A stretch of 64,000 nt of DNA from Octopus sinensis (Eukaryota), in assembly GCF_006345805.1 (NCBI RefSeq), contig NC_042999.1:141422001-141486000 (forward strand), written 5' to 3'. This document shows, piece after piece, positions 12,101 to 23,775 of the stretch; position 1 is the first letter of the stretch; each line of letters opens with the position of its first letter. The notes below the pieces were generated by a model. It was not told where the DNA came from and made no database searches. It saw nothing but the letters and a program-made list of their open reading frames with translations. The translations under genes were made by a program, and so were the position numbers.

Positions 12101-13639
12101 CTTACCTTCTCCCCATCTGGTAGTTTAAAAGTTCCTAATTTAACCAGTTTTTGTTTTTCATGATCTTTGTGTAATTACATTCATTTTACAAAATTCTATT
12201 GCACAATGTAGCTTTCCTTTTTTGAGTTACAAAATATTTCACCATTTTATCATATTTTTTCCATGGTAAATAGCATGAACTGTACAGGTTTTCTATATAT
12301 TGCTTTTGAATTATTTTCTTTAGCCTTCCACCATAGTTTTCTATTACTCTTGGTGCTTTTTTTTTCTAAGTGGCTATTGCTTGCCTCACTTATCCATACT
12401 AGCCTCACTTATCCATACTAGTGCAACATTTCTTTCCTGCATTCATTAGCTAGTCTTGTTATGCTCAGCCTCTTTACCTGCTTGCTTTTCATGCAAGTTA
12501 GCATTGTATATCCAATGGATTAAATTCATTTCTCTTTAGCCTCTACAGATAATTCAGACTGCACACTCGTCATACTCCTTAGACATGTTTCAGCAGTTTT
12601 TCAACTTCAAAATAGTTACACCATATATTAAAGTGCTTCTCATACATTGGCGTTTGTGAGCCCATCATACACAACAAAGTACATCCACATAAGATTATTT
12701 GATGAGCAAACCTTCACTCAGCAATCCACTCAAATTGTCTGGCTCTCTCCTCTCTTTTAGCCCTTTTGATATTAGCCACCAAAGGCCACCCCAAGTTTCA
12801 TGATACAACATTCCTGTTTTAAAATTATCTGACTTAAGTCATCAAAATTGTTAAATTGTGCTCCAAATACTAGCTTAATAGTGTAACTTTACTAAATTCT
12901 TCATATTTTCAATATTAATTGAAACAAAGCAGTTTATTTCAGTAGCTATCTGGTACTAAAAGGGTTAAATCATCACAACAGTCTTGGTCCCTGTTTCAAT
13001 TTCCCAACAATGTATCACCTTTACTTTGAAAATGCACATGTTGCTTTTATCTCATCTTTTCACCATTTCATCAGTAACTCACTAATCCTAGATCCTATAC
13101 TAAGTACTACTTAATCTTTCTTCTCTAGAACTACATCCTTTTATTGTTGTGATAGTTTAAAAATTTTTTTTTTATAGTTTCTATCAGAGTTTTAAAATTT
13201 TCCTGTCCCTTAGTGTTCAAAGCTCTGAAAAAGTTATGCACAATACACTTTGAGCAACAAAAAAAAAATGTATCTATGATAGTTTTGTGGCTACCCTTTT
13301 TAATTTTTCTTATTTATAAATAGCATGAGCAGAAAGCTTCAACCTAGTTACTCTGAATTTTGCACCTGGCAATTATTTTGTTTTCTTGCATTTTAAAAAT
13401 CTGAATTACTTTCTTTTGTCATCCTATTACTTACATGTTGATATAAGCCATATAGGGTTACTGTAAATCATAAAGCACTCCTGTCAGTTGTCATAAGATA
13501 GGAAATGAAGTGGTTTGATTATGTAATACAATACTACAAACCTCTAATGTAGTGATTCTCAAACTGGCAAATATCAGCCACTCTCTAAATATTATTGAAA
13601 TTTTAAGCCCTACATTCATTAGGTGGGCAAACTAAGAAT

Positions 13640-14572
13640 AAAAAGGCTATGAAGATCAAACACCCAGGAAAACTGATGAAGGTGGTCTTGTTTCATCAAA
13701 CAATGCTCCAACAGACAAGTCCTTCATTTCAATGGTTGCTGTGCATGTACTCTCCATTGATGGTATGGCCTTTTTGAAGATAGTCAATAAACACAATGCC
13801 TTTTGCATCCCCAAAAACTAAGGCCATCACCTTCCATGCAGATGAAATGACCTTGGTCTTCTTCAAAGTAAATGAGGAGTGTTTCCACTGCATGGATTGT
13901 CTTTGTCTTTGGTTCAAAGTGATAAAACCAACACTCACCTGGGGTTAGGAAATGTTCAAAAGTTTCCACTGTACAGTACCTTGGGTGAACATTTTTTAAT
14001 CAAAAGGGCCAAAATAGCTAAAGCTTTGTGAGTAAACAGAATCTCACTAGATGGATGGGCTGTACCTATTGGGTGGTAGACATTGCTAGATCTGCCTGAA
14101 ACAATGTCAGATTTTCCTGTGATGTGATCAGCCTGATGTGCTTTTGATCAGTTGTCAGATGTGGCACCCATCAAGCAGAAACCTTTATCGTGCCAAGTTC
14201 ATTGTGAAGAATATTCTCAACTCTCATGGGATATTCTAATAGCATTGGCTATTTGATTTATAGTCAAGCACCTGTCATCCATCCCCATGTGGTGAAGGCA
14301 GTGGTAGGATGCCCAGACCTTGGCTTGTGTTCAAGAATTTCCTTTCCTCTCCTCAATTCAGCTGCCCATTTTTGTACTGTTGATAAAGCTGGAGCGTCAT
14401 TCCCTAATGTAGCAAGCAAGTTAGCATGAATGTCCTTGGGTACTAAACCCTTTTCCTGTAGGTACATGATAGCACCATGATACCAAATTTTGTCCATTTT
14501 CAAGAGTTGTTACTAGTTAGTTCTGAGCTGGATGATATCAGTTTAGCCTATGAACTTCTCAGCTCACCCTTA
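13640..14572 (-). mobile_element. Rearranged mariner (Mos1-like) element
   Basis: TIR-like TAAGGGTGAGCTGAGAAGTTCATAGGCT; transposase MDKIWYHGAI...STVQKWAAE...PRSGHP, WVPH, ECWFYHFEP, KVMALVFGDAKG...TINGEY; carries a foreign 124-nt insert and an inverted segment. Confidence 0.9.
13962..14085 (+). repeat. 124-nt copy of intronic sequence 17341-17465 inserted in the mariner
   Basis: Direct match with 2 substitutions and a 1-nt indel. Confidence 0.93.
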
Positions 14573-17500
14573 TTTTTTTAATATTAAAAATGGCAATTTG
14601 TTTTATTTATAATTAATTTTAGGTCCCCTCTCCTATGAGAAACATTGTTCTAGTGAATATGCTGCCCCATTCCATGAATGTTGGGGATGGAGATTGAGCA
14701 AGATAAAGGAATAAGCAGGGAGGAAACTTGTAGAAAACATGAGGTTGGCTGGCAGCTGGGGAAAATGGAAGATATAGGTTGCATTTCTTGTATACCTGTT
14801 CTGCTGTTAGCTAAGATTTCTTTTGATTGAAAATTACTGGGTTATTCCTTACTGGTTCATATCTTCTACATGCTACTAGCTTTTCTGTTTTTCAATTTCA
14901 TGAATTAAACTTTTTTTTTTTTGTCTGAAGAAAATGTGTTTATGTTCATGGATTTTACAAACTCTCCAAGACTGGGGAAACCAGAGTATATGTGCTCAAG
15001 AACTACAAGTTGAGGGTGGTTGACCTTCTAGAGATGAAGGACCAAGAAAAAGGTTTAGTCCAAGGTGGGTGTAATATGGGTAACAAAGTCGGATTGGATG
15101 AACCTGAATGGAAGTGGTATGAGATAAACCAACTCCAAGAAATAGGGGCCACTATAGTACAACATAGCTGTGGTTTGAACCACAGTCATGTTGGAGTGTT
15201 GGTAAATGACTTCATGTCAGCTAGCTTGATGGTTTCTGTTTTTTTTTATGCAGTCTATGATGGTTATGTATGTGATTAGGAAGCTTGCTTCCCACCTGTG
15301 TAGTCTTCAGTTCAGTCCTACTGTATACTACCTTGGGCAAGTGTCTTCTACTATAGTCCCAGGTCCTCTAAAGCCTTGTTAGTCGATTTCATAGATAAAA
15401 ATTGAAAAGAAGCCTGGCACATATGTATATATTTGCATATGTTTTGTGTGTACAGGTCTCATAGAATCTTTCTACTTGCTGCAGCCCTTTTTCAGCTGGC
15501 ATAAACAGCAAGAGAGAAAACTGACCAGTCCTACTGTTTGTCATGTTTAGTTTGTTTTTGCATTTAGTTTTCACCTATTCTTCCATGCTGGCATGAATTA
15601 GATGAATTCTTGTTGAGGCAGATTTTCTACACTTTGATGCTCTTCTGGTTCCTTGCAAAAAAAGCACTTGTGCCGGTTCTACGCAAAAAAAGCACTTGTG
15701 CCGGTTCCACATAAATGTTGCGTTATGTTGGAAGAGCACTTGCATCATGTAGGAAGAGCACTTGTGCTGGTGCCATGTAATAAAACGCTCAGCACACTCT
15801 GTAAAGTGGTTGGTATTAGGGAGGGCATTTAGTTATAGAAACCAAGCCAAATCAGACAGGAACCTGGTGCAGCTCAACTGCTTGCCAGCACTGTCAACCC
15901 ATGCCAGCATGGAAAACAGATGTTAAATGATGATATATATGACAAGCTTCTTTTCAGTTTTCATATAGCAGTTCCACTTACAAAGCATTGGGCAGCCCAA
16001 GGTTACAGTTGAAGACATTTGTCTAAAGTGCTATGCAATGGGACTGAACCTGGAATCACATTGTTATGAAATGAACTTTGCATCCAGAAAGCCATGATTG
16101 CACATTTTATTATTATTATTATTAAAGAAATCACCAGCATTGTTATCATCTTCCCCAAAAGTTGTCATCTGCCCCAAAACCCATGAGTGTCTCCTCCCTA
16201 TTGAGGATTACACATTGTTTTTGTTTTTTTTCAAATTTTATTCTTGTTTACACACAAAACCTTCACAACTACATACATACACACACACACACATTTTTTT
16301 GTTGTTTTGTCCTGTGCTTTCCATAATGTTTTTCTTCATGTAAACTCTTGTGGTTAATAAAGAAATCATTATTATCATCATTATTGTTTTAATTTTTTTT
16401 ATTTTGTATTATTGAAGTAACTTAAATTCTCATAGTCACATAGATATCAAAGAACAGCAGATATCTAATCTTGTTCATTATGGATTTAATAGTTTAGTTA
16501 GCCTCCTCCTCTCCATTCCTATGTATAATTTTAGTAGAAAATAACTAAGTAGATAATGTACCATCCTTAGTACTGACATTACTGATATTCTTGATAGGGC
16601 CAAGGTTATATTGTTTCTGTAGGCAAAACTCTTTCTTGTCCCCAGTTTTAGTGGAGCAGCTGGTAACAATCTTTCCATTTCATAGTTCATATTGTAAATT
16701 TGCAGATTTTATGAAAGCTTTTCATGTTAACCTGAAACAGATGAATTAACTGGATCATATTATCGAGTCATACAGTATATACAAGCATTGAGTTACAGAC
16801 TTTGAAATAGTAATGATAATGATGATATACTAATTAGTAATTTCATTTATACTGCAGATTGTTTAGTTTTTTTTTATTGGGCTGTATAATCTGAACTACA
16901 AGGTTTATTGATTTCAGAAATCTGTCTATTTAGCTTTGAAATGTAGTGTGGGGGAATTAATTAACAAATATTTTAGTTAAATACTATGGTTCTCATTATT
17001 ACCTGTGCATTGTGCACAGTAGATCAAGTTGATGGGTTATTAGACTATTAGTTAAGTAGTTGACATCTTGTCAATTGCTCTGTCTTGTGCCCATAAAGAT
17101 ACTAAGTTATTATTGTAAATAGGTATCGTGCAATAAGTGCACTTTATACTATACCAGTGGGAGCTCTATAAGTCTTTTTATTAGCTTAGACTGCTGATCC
17201 TTTTGGCAGAGTTGCTATAGAATTGCTATAAACATTTTCTCTACTTCCTAGTGAATCACTAGTGTATGAGGTCTACTACTTTTTTTTTGTGATATGGTCG
17301 TATAGTTAAATTTGTTTTGTGGTTACATGGTACCAAATTTGTTTCCACTGTACAGTACCTTGGGTGAGCATTTTTTTAATCAAAAGGGCCAGAATAGCTA
17401 AAGCTTTGTGAGTAAACAGAATCTCACTAGATGGATGGGCTGTACCTATTGGGTGGTAGACATTGGTTTCACACCACCACTTGGACCTTTAATGGAATAT

Positions 17501-17964
17501 ACTTTGTTGCAAGTATGCAGACTAGATCTCCATTTGTTGTGGTCTCTTCTATCCCATCCCTCCACCTATCTCAGGAGCCTTGCAAAATGGTCTTTCTTCC
17601 TCTCCATGAAAAAATGGTTAAATAATTCAAGTTTCAAATTTGTGTTCTGTTAATTATTGATTTGTGAATTCTTTGGCAAGAATAATGGTAGTTAGTTTGT
17701 ATTCACCCTTCTGTATTTATTTGTTATTCTGAGTTTTAATTTTTTCTTTAGGCCCTTTTAAATTTCAAGAATAGAGACAACTATCTGGTTAATTTTCAGC
17801 TTGAATTGTGAAAGTTGAAAGCAATTCAAATGAAGCTTAACTTCACACAGTTATCCCACTTCAAATCGTGCACAAGAAGAGGCATTATAAAATGAGTATA
17901 GTTGTTGAATGATAGATTGAACATCTTTAGTACAATATCTAAGAGTGTTAGATGTAATAGTGTC

Positions 17965-18460
17965 ATTCATTGTCATCATGTCTGTTTATGCTGGCATGGG
18001 TTGGATGGTTTGATCGGGTTAGCATGCTGGAAGGCTGCACCAGATTCCAGTCTGATTGGCATGGTTTTCTACAGCTGGATGCTCTTCCTAATGCCAACCA
18101 CTCCAAGAATGTTATGGCTGCTTTTACGTCTCACCAGCGTGGGTGCCATTTGCATGACACGAGTGCTTTTGCATGCCACCAGCATGGATACCAATTTGCA
18201 TGACACCAGTATCTGCCATCACTGATTTTGCTTGGCTTCACGGGTGTCCTTTCAAGCACAACATAATGCCAAAGGTCTTGGTCATTGCTCCCTTGAGGCC
18301 CAACACTTCAAAGGAACTCTGCCACTTTGCCTCTGTGAGGCCCAATGCTTGAAAGGAACTCAGCCACTTTGCGTCCGTGAGACCCAGCGCTCGAAAGGAA
18401 CTCAGCTGCTTTGCCTCTGTAAGGCCCAGCAATCGAAAGGAATGAGGCTCAATGCTTGAA
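17965..18460 (-). mobile_element. RTE 3' end with 42-bp minisatellite
   Basis: Shared RTE tail (CATGCTGGCATGGGTTGGA...CTGGATGCTCTTCCTAATGCCAACC) plus 3 full and 2 partial 42-bp units at 18294-18460. Confidence 0.85.
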
Positions 18461-19211
18461 TAGCTTATTGGGAGTAAAAAATGAGTAGTCAACCAACTGA
18501 GATTGGTATAGAAACAGTAGTAAAGACAAACAAATTACTTAATGGTAGTCTATTAGTTGAGGAAATACTACTGAGATTTGCTAATTCATATGTTTACCCT
18601 CAGATCTAACAGATTAACCTTTGTTTCTTTCTCTACATTTTGTTATCCTTACTGTTGCTTTCCTTAAAATCAGCAGTAGGTTGTAGAGATGCCATTATTT
18701 TGAAATTTGTTGAAGTTTTCAAAAATGGAATAGAAGGATGACACTACACAATTTTTTCATTTGCAAATTTTCCAACTTCAAATTCCTTGTAGTTTGATTT
18801 CACCTTTAATTTTTCCAAGATAGGTGATGTAACTATTACTGATATAAAAATTTTAAAACTTTCAGCCACCACCAAATATTTCATCAGCACGTATGTTATG
18901 CATAAGTCAGTCTGATAGAGCTGTTAGGGCTGATAATTGGAACTGGAAGGATTATATGATATTTCTAAATTGGGAATTGTTTCGGAATCACAAACTCAGT
19001 GGTATATCTAGTTATACATTGAGTCAGCTCAAGTGCTTTTATTCCTGCTATACAAAAATTAGCTTTCTATCTCGCAACAAAACATTTCATAACTATGAGA
19101 CAAAATATAAGTACTGTTGTAGGTTTGTATATACATTGTTATACACATTGTTAAATGAAAAGCTGTTTATTTGTATATGTTATTCTTTTTTTTTCTATTT
19201 TTTTTTTGTAG

Positions 19212-19399
19212 ACATCAAGACCTAGTCGAGATTTGCCACTCGATACATATCAGCGTCCACGGTCAAATACAGTTACACATAGTCCAACACTGGTGGAAAA
19301 ATGTTTGCCAACAGTTTTCAGATGGGAGGGAGCAGCAAAAGAAGTCTGCTTGTCAGGGAGCTTCAACAACTGGAAAAATACAATACCCTTAGCTAAAAG
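19212..19399 (+). CDS. PRKAB1: AMPK beta coding exon 2 (start of CBM)
   Basis: Poly-T...GTAG acceptor; TSRPSRDLPLDTYQRPRSNTVTHSPTLVEKCLPTVFRWEGAAKEVCLSGSFNNWKNTIPLAK+AG; donor GTAAGT, phase 2. Confidence 0.96.
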
Positions 19400-21158
19400 G
19401 TAAGTACCTAGTTTTTGAAAAACTTATTTCAACATATACGCACTTACCAAAAAGACAAAACTGATGGAATATTTCTTTTACTGAGTCTTTTTTGTTGCTA
19501 TAGATTTTATGTAAATCAAAGATTGGGAAATGAGGTTCACTTTAAGAATTTATTTTGGATCCCCTTTCACATATTTCTTTATTAGTTAAAAGAGAATGGG
19601 CAGTTAGTTCTAACAAGTTATGGGGTCTTCTGACACTAGTTGGCCAAATCAATAAAGTACAAAGCAACCAACCAAATTGTTGATGGTTCATCATTTGCTA
19701 GTGTTATGCCTGTAACAAAGGCTTTTAACTCTCAACAGTCAAATTCAGTTAGCTGTAGCAGGTATTACATGGTAGCAAATTTACTGCTGTAATCAGCTTC
19801 AAAAATATAAAAGTTTTTGTTAGTTCACAATATTGCTTACAATTCTACATGTGGTCTTGGAGCAGACAGTGAGGAATCATTTCAGTCTACTTATTTAAAA
19901 GTTTGAATATACTGCATGTAGACTGCAAGATATTCCTTCAGTGATATGCTCAGCTACCACTATGCAACAAAGTTACATGGCCAAGCTGGAAGAAGATAAT
20001 CCCAACAGGCTGTTGTAGTAGTAGTAGTAGTAGTAGAGCTTTGTACTATCTTGTATGCTGAACTGTTTCATAACCAATTCTATCTCACTTTAAATAGGTA
20101 CTTTAAATAGTTAAAGCTGTAAGTAGTCTGACTGAACAAGTGTAAGTGTAGAATGAACAAGTTTGCAATACTGAGTTGAAATCTTGCCATGAAGAAGAGA
20201 AATGAACTTAGAGATACTGATTTGCCTGAGATATATGTCTTTAACTCTTTCGATATCAGCCTGTCTCTTCTTTATAATACAAAACTTTTACTTTTAAAGT
20301 GTTTATATTGAAATTAGAACCTTCCATTTTAAGAACCTTTCCGTTTTGTTTCAAACACCAACTTAATGAGAAAGAATTTTATTTTACTAAAACCTCACAA
20401 ATTCTTGATATTTTTTACCCCCTCCTGAAAATTCATTGAAACAGTGCAATTTATTAGAAATGTTGTCACAAGTATAAGAAGTACTCCCAAAATCCAATAA
20501 GTTATGGCCTCACCTTTAAATGTAAGGGATGGAGAAATATATTTGCCTGGATTCAGTGCAATTTTTTACGATTTCATTCAGAGGATTGAGATAGATTTTT
20601 TTTTCCTTCTCAAATTTGTATACTATTGTGGTAGCAGGAGAGGGGACAACATAAAGTGGATTTAATTGAGGCTAGTATGCAATCAATGTTAAAAAAAAAA
20701 AAAGTATTGTAAGACAGGAGAATGCTAGTTTGGAGACAGAGTAAAGAACTGCTAGATTAATGGTGATTGAATTCACTGGCTTTTACAGAAATGAGTAGGA
20801 TAATGAATATATTAGGATTTAGGATATTCATTGAAATAGGGCAGAGGGGCTAGTGAAGGTATATGTCAATACAAAATTGGGTTGTGAATAAGGTATGTGT
20901 TTGAGCACGTCTTCCTCAGGCAAGCTGCCTTAATGTTAGTTTCTGCTGTATATCTCACCAACTTATGACTTCTTATTAGAAATAAAATCTACTCTTCTTA
21001 TCGTAAATAGTTGTTAGAAAATTCCAATCAGAACAATTCAGCTTATTAACTCTGAAGGTTCCTCAGTTTTTTTTTTTTTTTAATTTTTTTTATAAGTTGG
21101 TTCTCTATTTTTGTTTGTTGTATTAGGTATTATTGTTACATCTATTTTGTTTCTTCAG

Positions 21159-21206
21159 CACTGTACGACTAACAGACAGAGGCAGACAGAGACACGATTC
21201 TGATGG
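21159..21206 (+). CDS. PRKAB1: Candidate alternative (cassette) exon of AMPK beta, 48 nt, frame-preserving
   Basis: TTTTGTTTCTTCAG acceptor, GG|GTAAAT donor, 48 nt, open in the required phase 2: (S)TVRLTDRGRQRHDSD(G). Two CpGs retained in a CpG-poor intron. No transcript evidence available here. Confidence 0.55.
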
Positions 21207-22099
21207 GTAAATTTAACAATTTTTTTTTAAAAATCTCTCTCCCTAACTGCTAAAACTGGTAAGATTTTGTAGTAATACAGGTAAAAGAAAAAATGAAATT
21301 GGCTACAATACTGAAGAAACTGAAAAAACAGATTTATTCAATAGTTTAGCTTTATTAAATCTTAATCCCGAAATGGAAAAAAAACCTCAATAAATCTGTT
21401 TTTCTATTGCTTTAACATTGTGGTAACTTTCATCACTCTTTTTTGCATATATCTGAAACTGATGTAGTTTTTCTTCTATCCTACTATAGTGTTAGCTTAG
21501 TAATTGCTATCAAAATGAATTAGACTTTTGTACATTCTCAAAAATACTACACATACACACTGTACTAGGTACTGCATCCATAAAGACAGAGAACTCAATA
21601 CATTTGTAGAGTAGTGTTTTATTATAGGCATAATGAAATTCCTAGTTTCCCTGTCAGGGACAAAACTACTAGTTACAGCATGACATTGAATTTTCCAGTA
21701 TCCACAATATACAGGTGCAGACATAGCTGTGTGGTTGAGAAGTTCTTCTCCTAATCATGTGGTTTAGGGTTCAGACTCACTGCATGGCATCATGGGTAAA
21801 TGTCTTTTCCTATAGCCCTGGGTTGACCAAAGCCTGGAGAGTGGATTTGGCAGACAGAAACTGAAAGAAGCCCACTGTTTGTTTGTGGGTTTCTGTATTT
21901 GGTTTGTAAGATTCTTGATGTGGACTTGTGTGTTTTGTCGTATCTTGGGAAGTTCATTATGTCAATAACACACAAAATGGTTCTATTTCATTTTAATTTT
22001 TTATGTCAATTAGCTATTTCACCAGTTCACTAATCGATTGTTTGATTAATCATTCAGTCCATTTGATCTATACAAGCACAGAAAAAAAAAAGGATTTTA

Positions 22100-22420
22100 T
22101 CTCTATGTGCCGGTGGCACGTAAAAAGCACCGTCCATTGCCAGCCTCACCTGGCCCTCGTGCCAGTGGCACATAAAAAGCACCATCTGTTCGTGGCCGTT
22201 TGCCAGCTCTGTCTGGCACCTGTGCGGGTGGCACGTAAAAAGCACCCACTACACTCACGGAGTGGTTGGCATTAGGAAGGGCATCCAGCCGTAGAAACAC
22301 TGCCAGATTTGACTGGGCCTGATTAAGCCTTCTGGCTTCACAGACCCCAGTAGAACCGTCCAACCCATGCTAGCATGGAAAACAGACGCTAAACGATGAT
22401 GATGATGATGATGATGATAG
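22100..22420 (+). mobile_element. Young RTE-tail/SINE-like copy ending in (GAT)n
   Basis: GGCACGTAAAAAGCACC units, GGAAGGGCATCCAGCCGTAGAAAC, CCAACCCATGCTAGCATGG, (GAT)n; CpGs retained. Confidence 0.88.
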
Positions 22421-23424
22421 GGACTGAGATATCTGGTGATTTGCTGTGCATGCTTAGAACATGCCCATCTATACATACAATCATGTCCATCTGTTAGTCA
22501 AGAGGTCCTGGTCTTGCAGGCTTGTGAGCGCTGGTGCCACATAAAATCTCCAATGCTGGTGCCATGTAAGAAGCACCAATGTTGGTGCAACATAACAAGC
22601 ACACACACATACACACATGAAAAGCTTTTATACAATTTCCATTTGCCAAATTTCACTTACAAGGCTTTGGTTATTAGCAGAGAATACTTGCCTGTGATGC
22701 TATGCAGTGTGATGGAACCTGAAACTCTGGTTGTGAAGTGGACTGGCAATCATATCTGTGCCTTATATGTGTGTTTGTATCTATGTATGCATGTGTAATA
22801 GATTAAATTGATAGACAGGTAAACAACAGGTATCAGTTCATATTCTGACATTTGTATATTTGTACAACACAGGGAGAAAAGTATGCTTTAAGGACTTTAA
22901 ATCACAAGAGGTCAGTAAAAGTTCCACCCAGGAATGTTCATAATGGTTGCTATCTATGCTGGTATACTTTCAGAATAGTTATAAGATAAGGCTGTAGTAT
23001 TGATATTACACAGTAGGTAAAGGCAGGTCAAAATAGGTAAAACCTTAAAAATGAATGAGAGGTAGTGAGGTGTGCAAATTGTCCTTACAGCTGTTTCAAG
23101 AATAGTTATGTAATTTGGTTTAGTTCTCTGCGAGCTCTCTGCAACCAGTATTTTAGTGGTGCTCTATTTCATTTGCAGAGGGAAAGTGCATTGGGACTCA
23201 GGAGATGAATATAACTATTCTAGAAGTATACCAGTATGTCACAACCACTGTGAACATTACTGAATGGAACTTTTACTGATCTTTTGGCATTTAAACTTTT
23301 GAAGCATTTGTTTCTCCCTTTGTGTTGTATAAATATGTCTGAATCTGAACTGTTACCTGTTTGCCTTCTATCTTTTTATTCTATTATATATATGTGTACC
23401 ACCTTGATTGATATAATGCCTGGG

Positions 23425-23775
23425 CCTCATGGAGGCAATTCTGGTGTCATGTAACTGGCACCCTAGCTGGTGGCACATAAAAAGCACTTTTTGGACATTG
23501 GGCCTCATGGAGGCAATAAATGACTGAGATCTTTGGTGATAGGTCGTGCTTGAGAAGACCCATCAAGCCAAGTGAAATCCTAGCTTTGATATGTAAAAAG
23601 CACCCATTACACTCTTGGAGTGGTTAGCATGAGGAAGGGCATCCGGCCGTAGAAACCATGCCAAATCAGATTAGAACCTCATGTAGTCCTTCAGCTTATC
23701 AGTTTCAGTCATACCGACCAACCCGTGCCAGCATGGAAAGTGGATGTTAAATAATAATGATGATGATGATTATGA
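23425..23775 (+). mobile_element. RTE 3' end fragment
   Basis: GGGCCTCATGGAGGCAAT...GAGAAGACC, shared tail and (GAT)n. Confidence 0.8.

Noticed and set aside
12384-12421. Short exact tandem duplications (19 nt here; 28 nt at ~15656; 14 nt at ~28245)
   Set aside because: Ordinary slippage or repair duplications within decayed repeats; no further signal.
21720-21890. tRNA genes at the A/B-box-containing segments
   Set aside because: They continue into SINE body sequence and do not close a cloverleaf; these are SINE heads (also 15275, 43445, 10405).
23179-23263. Poison or alternative terminal exon (RGKVHWDSGDEYNYSRSIPVCHNHCEHY*) after TTTCATTTGCAG
   Set aside because: Acceptor only, no convincing donor, no homology and no CpG retention; compatible with chance.
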